Below, piece by piece: positions 25,589-33,899 of a stretch of 64,000 bases of DNA. Origin of the DNA: Selaginella moellendorffii. Its lineage: Eukaryota > Plantae > Lycopodiophyta. A program made the position numbers and the translations under genes. Every line of letters begins with the position of its first letter. Position 1 is the stretch's first letter. A model generated the notes under the pieces. That model was not told where the DNA came from and made no database searches. It saw nothing but the letters and a program-made list of their open reading frames with translations. The stretch spans positions 2,115,544-2,179,543 of the forward strand of contig NW_003314269.1 in NCBI RefSeq assembly GCF_000143415.4, read 5' to 3'.

Positions 25589-28500
25589 ATGGCCTTCAGG
25601 GTTGGGGAAAAGGTTTACATTTTGAATGGTGGGAAAAGAGTTGCAAAAGGGACCCTTGTGTCTATGGATCGGAACTTTGTTATACACTGTGAAAGGCTTG
25701 GGGAAGGCAATGCTGCTGTATCAGTAGAGACTGTCTTCGATGGGAATGTGGTCGCTATTGAACGAGGAGAGATGGTCGTCGGGGTAAATGTTGTTGTTGC
25801 CTTGAAAAATCTTCAGAAGAAAGCAGATGTTGGGGACAGCGCAAGTGCGACGCATGTTCCCTCCGTGGATCTTAAGAACCGTGCTACATGGATTCAGGCA
25901 AAAGTGTTTCTAAACAACCCCGAGGGGGAGGTGGTAGCTGAGGGCTTAGCCACAGTTGTCGATCCAAGAGATGCGGTTGCTAATCAAGAATTGGGCTGGG
26001 ATGATATTGGAGTTGCGATTTTAGAGGTTGTTGACACAGAAGAAAACAGTCTGACTATTGGAAGCATTGTGCGGTGGAAATTGAGGCACTTAGTGTTTGA
26101 GAATGTGAAGGATTCACAATCAAACACCACTACAACTGATGACAAAACATCTCTTCATGGGAAAAGAAAGTACACCTTCCTAAAGCGCAGCCAAAGGGAT
26201 CTGAGCAACGAACCGAAAAGGCAGAAAATGGCGATGGAGGTTCGAATGGTCTCGACAGTTGCTTGTTGCAAGAGGAGGTGCTGTCAACATGCTGATTGGG
26301 ATGCTATTGAAGAGGAGAGAGCAAGATACAAGACATTGTCCTGGAAGGCAGCTCGCAATTTTGTGTATGAGGCATTACGGTCATCTGTTGATGCTTCAGA
26401 ACATCAGGTGGGGGGCATGGTCTTCCAGAGGGGTTTGGTCTGCATGAAGGCATGGAGAATCATTTATGGAGTCCCTCGAAGCACATTCTACAGAATCAAA
26501 ACTGAGTTCGAGGAACAAAGGGTTCAACAGGCAGTCCATGGGAACGACGGTACGCACAAAACCAGGGGTCATGTTGTATATGGAGAGGCAATCTTCAAGA
26601 GGTTTGTCGAGACATGTAGCGAGCAGCAACCACATAAAACCCGCCTCTTGGAAGATGGAACACGAGACACCCAACGAGTTCTCCCTTCCATGTATACCAA
26701 GGGGGCCATATTGGAAGATGTGAATCGGGAACTCCAAAGTAATGGCTACAGGAAGCTGAGCCAATCTAGATTTAGTAGATTGTGGAGCAACAGGTTCAGG
26801 GATGTGAGTATAGGAAAGTACTCCAGCTTTTCAAAGTGTGACGAGTGCACTGCTATCAAAATGGCTTTGTCGAAGAATTCTTGCAGCGCTCAAGAGCGAG
26901 AGACGTTGGTTAGAAGGCGGCTCGACCACAACATCGAGCAGAGAAGCTGCAGGACTGCATATTATCATAACAGGATTCTCTCCATGGAGAGACCTGACTC
27001 TTACCTCTGCATCATCCACGACAAAATGGACCAGAAAAAGACGTGCTTACCTCGACTCAATCCTGCCCCCAAGGCAATCTCTTCATCCATGCAGCTGCCT
27101 GTGTCTCTGTTTGGCATAATCGCTCATGGGCATGGTGCCCAGAACTATGGGAACTTCTTTGTACCTCTATGGGGTGGCGGGGGTGCAAACATGATGATTG
27201 CGTCCCTAGCAAAACACTTAAAGTCTCTGCAAAGTGCGCAGACTGAGCTGAACGGCCAACCCTTGCATAAGGCCCTTGTCGATCGAACCCCATACAAGGT
27301 TCAGCTGGAGGAGGAGCAAAGGCTTGCAGTATCGTGTGGGGCCCCATGCCATCCCAGTGAATATGTTGGCCGTCAGATTGTAGGGTTATCACGTGAGGCC
27401 TCATGCCATTCCGACGAGGCTGGTCACTCGGTGAATGCACAGCCTCATCCAAACGAAGCAGAATCTCAAGGAAGTTCTTGCAGCCGATGTGGCCTTCCAC
27501 CCCATCTTCTGCTCCAAACAGACAATGCTGGCAGTGAGAACAAAAACATGTACGTCTTCGCGTACTTGGCGATGCTTGTTGCCAAAGGCATATTTGAAAC
27601 GGTTACACTTGGCTTTCTCATGGTTGGGCACACTCATGAAGACGTCGATGCCATGTTCAGTCACCTGGCAGAGTCCCTCCGGCGATCCAATGTCCTCACC
27701 CTCCCACAACTCTACGATGAATTCCAAAATTGCATCAAAGGCACTGTTGAAGCTGCACTTCTGACAGAGGTTCCAGACTTTAAGGGGTTTGTAAGAGGCT
27801 ACATCAGGGATGGATCCGAAACGCTGATTGGCCATTCCAAGCCTCTTCAGTTTCATTTCAGCATGTGTGACGGTGCTCCAGTGATGAGGTACAAGATGAG
27901 AGAATGGGACACAGTGTGGCTGCCAGTGGACGGCATTGAACTCTTCAAGAGAGATCCCATAACTGGGGAACCTATGATTCCTCAGGGTTCCCCACGGCCG
28001 ATGCACCCGGATGGACTCAAAGACCAGGAAAGTATAGTGGCCGGGATTAGACAGCATATTGCCTTCTGGAAGAGGGGGTTGGTGTTTGGTGGAGAATCCT
28101 ATTTTCAGAGGTGCAAGCCTTTGCTCGAATACTGGGAGAAGATTATATCTGCTATCCAAAATGGGCCGGTTGTATATGAAGAATTGGAAGAGTCCTTTTG
28201 GCCAGAACCCAGAGCACCAGATAGTAGCGGAACAATGTCCTCTGGAAATGCAGTGACAGATAACGATGTTGAGGATCACTATTGTGGGCCGAGGAACAAG
28301 AAGCCGGATTCAGCATTCAATCCAGTACAGGTCTGCAAAGGAATGGTCGTGCTTGTCAGACCCAGTAATAAAAAACAAATGATATGGGTGGGGCGCTGCA
28401 TCACTGATGCAGAGGAGGACGCGGAAACTAACTCCTTCAATGTAACTGTGGAGTGGTTCAAGCCAAGTTCCGGATATACGAAGGATTGCCTAGAAAAGAG

Positions 28501-28636
28501 ATGGGTGCTGAATCCAAGGGATCCCAGCATGAGCATATCGGTGGATAATGTTGTGCATGGTTGGATGCGGAAGCAGAGTGCCACCATCACCTTGCCAGAC
28601 CATGCAAGAGATGCAGCAAGAGATGCAGCAAGGTGA
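25589..28636 (+). CDS. Sola1-like DDD transposase, uninterrupted 1015-aa ORF
   Basis: CCKRRCC, VCMKAWRIIYGV, HGN, FSKCDEC, IIHDKMDQ, LQTDNAGSENKN, FLMVGHTHEDVDAMFS motifs; lies between TIRs with a 4-bp TSD. Confidence 0.85.
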   Translation: MAFRVGEKVYILNGGKRVAKGTLVSMDRNFVIHCERLGEGNAAVSVETVFDGNVVAIERGEMVVGVNVVVALKNLQKKADVGDSASATHVPSVDLKNRATWIQAKVFLNNPEGEVVAEGLATVVDPRDAVANQELGWDDIGVAILEVVDTEENSLTIGSIVRWKLRHLVFENVKDSQSNTTTTDDKTSLHGKRKYTFLKRSQRDLSNEPKRQKMAMEVRMVSTVACCKRRCCQHADWDAIEEERARYKTLSWKAARNFVYEALRSSVDASEHQVGGMVFQRGLVCMKAWRIIYGVPRSTFYRIKTEFEEQRVQQAVHGNDGTHKTRGHVVYGEAIFKRFVETCSEQQPHKTRLLEDGTRDTQRVLPSMYTKGAILEDVNRELQSNGYRKLSQSRFSRLWSNRFRDVSIGKYSSFSKCDECTAIKMALSKNSCSAQERETLVRRRLDHNIEQRSCRTAYYHNRILSMERPDSYLCIIHDKMDQKKTCLPRLNPAPKAISSSMQLPVSLFGIIAHGHGAQNYGNFFVPLWGGGGANMMIASLAKHLKSLQSAQTELNGQPLHKALVDRTPYKVQLEEEQRLAVSCGAPCHPSEYVGRQIVGLSREASCHSDEAGHSVNAQPHPNEAESQGSSCSRCGLPPHLLLQTDNAGSENKNMYVFAYLAMLVAKGIFETVTLGFLMVGHTHEDVDAMFSHLAESLRRSNVLTLPQLYDEFQNCIKGTVEAALLTEVPDFKGFVRGYIRDGSETLIGHSKPLQFHFSMCDGAPVMRYKMREWDTVWLPVDGIELFKRDPITGEPMIPQGSPRPMHPDGLKDQESIVAGIRQHIAFWKRGLVFGGESYFQRCKPLLEYWEKIISAIQNGPVVYEELEESFWPEPRAPDSSGTMSSGNAVTDNDVEDHYCGPRNKKPDSAFNPVQVCKGMVVLVRPSNKKQMIWVGRCITDAEEDAETNSFNVTVEWFKPSSGYTKDCLEKRWVLNPRDPSMSISVDNVVHGWMRKQSATITLPDHARDAARDAAR

Positions 28637-28934
28637 GATTCATTAATATTCCTTTACAAAGTTTCTAATGTATTTTATTTCAAGGTGAACAATCCGAATC
28701 TAAATCAGAGGAGGCTTGATATAGTGTGTGAGGTAAAACAAAGATGATGTGACATATGCATTTACCAATCACACGTGCATAAATCTAATAATATGGCGTG
28801 TGGCCCATATTAATGGCACATAAACCCATATTGTGGGCTTACGTGCTTTATGTACCATCATTCCCTTGCAGCGTGTGTGTTGGTTTCCTTTTATAACACA
28901 ACGAACTCCATATTTTAGGGTGAAGAGCGTTCTC

Positions 28935-29192
28935 ATGGCAAGCACAAAATCTGTAAGTGAGGCAGAAAAGGAGACGGAGAAGGAGATAGGTGAAGATGTA
29001 GAATATATAAGTCTTCCAAACTCCCCGTACTATACTCCAGGTGATCATTTTTCTGAACAAACGGCAACATTAACAACTATCGAGAACGCCCCAGTAACGT
29101 CAGAGACAACAATCCAAAGCAAAACAACTGACCCGGAGAAGGATGATAGTACCGCTGAGAGTACCAAAAAGGAGGTGTCCACTAGCGCTTAG
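28935..29192 (+). CDS. Small orphan ORF (85 aa, Ser/Thr/Glu-rich, SLPNSPYYTP motif) in the Sola element
   Basis: ATG-TAG frame; clear protein-level homolog at 30202-30450. Confidence 0.5.
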   Translation: MASTKSVSEAEKETEKEIGEDVEYISLPNSPYYTPGDHFSEQTATLTTIENAPVTSETTIQSKTTDPEKDDSTAESTKKEVSTSA

Positions 29193-30201
29193 GCTTATAA
29201 TGGCGTGTGCCCTCATGCCATTTACTTGATCACCAAATACCTTTTTCCCTTTGCACTAGTATATCTTAATACCGGTCTGAGAAATAGAATGGCATGTGCC
29301 CTCAGGCCTTTTACTAAATCACCTTTGAAAGAAATGCAAGCCTCTATGTCGTAAAAAAAAGGTACTAGAGAAATTCCTTAATAATATGAATGTTATTTAG
29401 TTTCATGAAAATACACTAAGGGTCAAATGAGTTAAATGACTTCTCCAGACTAGCAATGCCTCTTGCTACACCTTCACAATTAGATTCGTTAGAAAAAGAT
29501 AACATTGAATAATATCTAAATGTTCTCACCATTAAGTTATATGTCTGGCTAATAGGAATGATGTTCATCTTGGAAAGCTCACCACACGCTCAATGAACAA
29601 ACAAATAGTGTGTGCGCGCATGCCATCGCTCTTCTTTAGCTTCAGATTCGGCTTGTTCACCTTGACAATGAGATTTATTATACAACTAGATGGACTCAGT
29701 CTGGACATAAGGTCACCGCGCTAGTCACCATGCCCCAGATATGTCTAGCCCCTGGACAAAAAACATATAATTTCACGTCATTTTCAAATACTTGAAAATT
29801 TGTACCTAGTCCCATTTTACTGAATAAATCCCACTTTAACGAAATAGAGCTTATATATTCTTTTCTACACATGCCAAATGTCTAGGGAAATAAATTGCAA
29901 GGAAATATAGACCACATTATAGTGGTAGAGCACGTTGGCACACTACCATTCTCTCATGTGAGATTGCCTTTTAGTCTTGGAAATGTAGATAAAGTTGATT
30001 CTTTGATGTGATATTACTTTTGAGTCTTTCGAAAGATTTTGATTTCTTTTATCATTATTTACAAACAATTCCCAAAAAATTTTAATGAGGATTCACTGCA
30101 AAATATACCTTGGTCTTATCATATGAGAGGATTGCGATATAGGCTAGTAATAAAGTTTTTAATATGAATTAATATGTAAATTACAAATGTCATGGAAAGT
30201 T

Positions 30202-30450
30202 TTATGGAGTAGATTTCTTGGTGCTTTTCACTGTGCTGTTCATTTTTTCATTTCTCTTGCTCTGGACTGTTGTTTCAGAAGTAATAGGAGCATTTTTATC
30301 AATTGTGATAGTGGTCTCCACATTCCCAGATGGGTAATAAGGACCAAGAGTGTAATATGGAGATTGTGGTAGTGAAACAAAATTAACATTCTCACATTCC
30401 TTTGCACTACAACTCTTACTCACAGATCTTGTATTTTCCTTGCTTCCCAT
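30202..30450 (-). CDS. Small orphan ORF (82 aa, SLPQSPYYT motif) in the MULE; homolog of 28935-29192
   Basis: Shared SLPxSPYYT, NAPxTSETTxQSK and STKK blocks. Confidence 0.5.
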   Translation of the reverse strand: MGSKENTRSVSKSCSAKECENVNFVSLPQSPYYTLGPYYPSGNVETTITIDKNAPITSETTVQSKRNEKMNSTVKSTKKSTP

Positions 30451-30801
30451 CTTCTCAAGAACCCTAAAAAATCTTTTGAATGAAGGAATAGTATCTACAG
30501 CTGTAAAAGTATTCAAAATATTAAGTAGTCAAATCAAATATGACAGCTGTAACAGTTGTCATAATAAAATAATATAGTTTTATAAAAGATAGGTTCTCAT
30601 GAACTTTGTCTTTTTTAAACAATTCAATCTTATAGAAACTTTTAACTTAGATATTTACGTATTTTAATATTTTAAAGTTTGCTAGAACCTTCATTTGTTC
30701 AATTTAGATCTCCTTTGTAATATTTCTTATTGACTATGTTGACTTGAGTTGACTTGTGTTGAATTGAGCTCAACTCAACTTTGGACCATCCCCCATAAAG
30801 G

Positions 30802-33800
30802 GAACCAGCAGTACCGACCTCCTACCGTCGTGGTAGTAAGGAGAGAGTGTCCATAAGGACTAGCTAACAAGTATCTTTCAATACCTAAAGTCACATTTGC
30901 GACACTCTCCCCCCCTTAGGGAAGATTGACGTCCTCGTTGATGTATACCCGAGTCTAACAAACCGTCAAGGAAGCAACTCCAAAAGTTAACGGAAAGCAC
31001 ACTATGTGGGAAACACACCAACTTAAATGAGTTATGGAACGACCTCTCCTCTACGTCCAAAGATGTTAAAACTCAGACACTTGTTGAATTGAGCTCAACT
31101 CATGAGCTCAACTCAACTTTGGACCATCCCGACAAAGAAATGACTAACGGAGTTAGCCACCCTTACTGCTCCGAGTACCACTCGGCTTACAAAGAATGAT
31201 ACATCCCTACCCACAGGGATATAGGGAGAAGGCCAGAGGCCCAACTTCCCCTGAGTAAGAAATCAACCCCGTCGGGAAGATTTAGACAACTACTATAAAT
31301 TGGTAGATTAAGTTGTTTACATAACCACGCCCCTTTTCGAAAATGAGTCATCGAGAGAGAGGTGGGAACTTGTGATCAGTCTATAATAGTTATCCCCATG
31401 GTTATGGATTGGACCCATGCACTGAAATGCCGAAGTCAGCCTGCCAAAACTGACCCAAGTATGAACGAATAAGAGAAACGACACTTTTAATTTATAGAAA
31501 TATATTACTTTATTAATTTGCAAGATTTATTACAAGATTTACAAAAGCTATTTTTTATTACTATTCTCATACTCCGTGACAAGCTTACGGGCATGTGTAA
31601 GATTCCTAAGAGGTTCCCAAGTTGATTCACAAGATGGGTAACCTTTCCACTTAACTAAGTATTCCTTCGCACGACCACCACGTGCCTTACGAGACAAAAG
31701 AATGGCCTCAACCTCATACTCCGGTTCACCATCAATAACATCCGGAGCTGGACGAACATCCCTAGAGCGGCTAGGATCCTCATCATATGGGGCCAGTAAA
31801 CTGACATGAAACACATCATGAAGGCTGGACATCTCTTGTGGAATATCCAACTGATAGGATACATCACCAAGTCTTTTCAACACCCGATAGGGTCCAACAT
31901 ACCTCGGCAAGAGCTTTCGAGACAAAGAACCCTTAATGTTCAAGTTTCGGGAAGATAGCCATATTTGATCTCCCACTTGATAGGATACATTCCGACGATG
32001 CTGATCCTTATCACGGCAATACCTATTCTGAGCTTTACCCATCGCCTCAATATCTCTAGACCAACTTTGGCGTAGTTGCTCCACATAAGTCTCAACAGCT
32101 AGGACTAACATTTTGGCCATTGGTTTCGGTACAATAATTTGTTGAGGAACCCCACGAGCATTCCCTTGCAGCATCTCCCATGGAGAATAGCTTATAGAGT
32201 TATGAAATGTGTTGTTATAACAGATTTCTACTGTGTCTAAATGCTCAACCTAGTCGCGTTAGTCCACCGTGACATAGTACCGCAGATAATCCTCAACTTG
32301 AGCATTCACACGTTCGATCTGCCCATCAGTTTAAGGATGATAAGCCATACTAAACTTCAACTTGGTACTGAACAGCTGGAATAGTGTGCCCCAAAACTTC
32401 CCTGTAAACCTTGAATCCCTATCTGAGATCATCTCTTCGGGAAGACCATGAACTCGCACTACTTCATGGAAAAAGAGCTTTGTTGCTTGTTTCGCATTTA
32501 CTGTTCCCGCAGTTGGAATAAAGTGTGCAATCTTCAACAACCGATCCACAACCACTATCAAAGTATCATAACCCTTAGACTTCGGCAAGCAAGTGACGAA
32601 ATCAAGTGTCACACTCTGAAATGGCCATGCCGGTGCTAGAATGCACTGCAACTTTCCAGCCTGCTTCTCAGTTCTGAGCTTATATTGCTGGCATATAGGG
32701 CAGGAATGGACATAATCCGCTACATCACCTTCCATACCAGACCAGAAAAATCCCTTTTTCAATGAAGCCAGAATCTTTTGCTGTCCACCATGTCCCGCTG
32801 CCGGAACATCATGATGTTCCCATAGAAACAACTGTTGCAAATCCTTAGAGGGAAGATACAATCTTTCCTACTTATAGAATATAAGCCCATCCCGAATTGA
32901 GAAGTGAAGCTTCACATTGGTTCAACCAATAACTTTCGCCGCTTCGCTACCAGGGTTTTGCTTCGACAACTCCGCCCAGAGTAAGATTGCTTTCGCCAAT
33001 GGATCACTTCCATATGAAGCTTGAATGTCCTCTAACCAGTCTGAACTGATTGCCGATATTGCCCGGAATTGAGCCTGACGACTCAATGCATCCGGAACAA
33101 TATTGGTTTATATATGATTTCAATATCATATCTAGCAAGCTTCTCTTGCCAATGAGCCTGCTTTGGCGTAAGCTTAGGCTGTGTAGCAAAGTAGCTTAGT
33201 GTGTTATTATCTGTATAAACCTTGGTATGTCCACCCAAGTAGTGTCTCCAGTGTTCTAGGGTCGACACTATAGCAAACATCTCTTTCTCATGCGTTGGCC
33301 ATCTTCATTGAGTTTCATCCAATTTCTTGGAATAGAACGCAACGGGACAACCATGTCGCCTTAGCATAACACCAACCACTTTGTCACAATCTTGCTGCAA
33401 CACGGCACCGATAGCATAGTCAAATGCATCACAATGCACTTCGAAGGGTTTATCAAGGTCTGGGATCCTGAGAACAGGAACTGTAGTCAAGATCTCCTTC
33501 AACCGTACAAAAGCACGCTAACAAGCTGGTGTCCAATGAAATAGAATACTACTCTTTGTCAACTCAGTCAACGGAAGAGCAATTATTGCAAATTGCGAAC
33601 AAACTTACAATAGTATCCTGCCAAACCGAGGAAGAAACGAACATCTGATACAATGGTCTTGGATCAACCTCAATTACACCACCACCAACTATATGACTAA
33701 GAAAGTTTACGCACAATTGACCAAAAGCGCATTTACTTTCCTTAGCATATAGTTTGTGTTCGCGCAACTTCTGAAACACCAGCTCCAAGTGTTTCAAAAT

Positions 33801-33836
33801 TTTTCTTTCAGTTTTTATTAAATTTTTTACACTCAA
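30802..33836 (-). mobile_element. Decayed Ty3/gypsy chromovirus: end of RT, RNase H, integrase, chromodomain, 3' UTR, PPT and start of 3' LTR
   Basis: HLELVFQKLREHKLYAKESKC (RT); FEVHCDAFDYAIGAVL (RNase H); HHDVPAAGHGG..CPICQ, LDFV, ISDRDSRF (integrase); YVGPY; EYEVEAIL...YLVKWKGY...TWEP (chromodomain, about 31548-31730); PPT AAGGGGGGGAGAG then TGT at about 30902-30917. Many stops. Confidence 0.92.
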
Positions 33837-33899
33837 CTTTCTTCACTCTAAGCTCAAGTTTCAGGGAAAGAATGTACCAATTCATTTGATGGGCTCAAG

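Larger units (their letters stand above)
16938..29625. repeat. Dispersed family of about 25 copies of a 22-bp imperfect palindrome, ATGGCRTGWGGCCWCAYGCCAT
   Basis: Copies start at about 16938, 18013, 18088, 19315, 19506, 19647, 21119, 22399, 22456, 22533, 23312, 23447, 23605, 23685, 24594, 24666, 24702, 25317, 25415, 25486, 27332, 27388, 28793, 29200 and 29289. Confidence 0.92.
16563..29852. mobile_element. Sola1-like DNA transposon (13,290 bp) nested in the MULE
   Basis: Perfect 24-bp TIRs AAGCTCTATTTCGTTAAAGTGGGA (16563-16586; reverse complement at 29829-29852). 4-bp TSD ATAT (16559-16562 and 29853-29856), matching the AWWT target reported for Sola1. Internal DDD-type transposase. Confidence 0.88.
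5778..30792. mobile_element. Large Mutator-like (MULE) DNA transposon: about 11.7 kb of its own sequence plus a 13.3-kb nested Sola element
   Basis: Direct repeat CCATAAAGG at 5769-5777 and 30793-30801 (9 bp is typical of MULEs). Imperfect inverted termini GGGTGCGGACCATACTTGAG and ...CTCAACTTTGGACCATCCC with subterminal GAGTTGAGCTC-like repeats at both ends. Internal MULE-type transposase. Confidence 0.85.

Noticed and set aside
27401-28279. 292-aa antisense ORF inside the Sola transposase
   Set aside because: Shadow frame of a long coding sequence with no recognisable motif.
16938-29625. CRISPR-like array formed by the palindromic repeats
   Set aside because: Spacing is irregular (tens of bp to more than 1 kb), copies lie in introns and exons, no cas genes, eukaryotic context.
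5771-30799. 5-bp TSD ATAAA with GGGGG/CCCCC termini
   Set aside because: The orphan terminus at 31130 ends in only three C, and the 9-bp reading CCATAAAGG fits a MULE transposase better.
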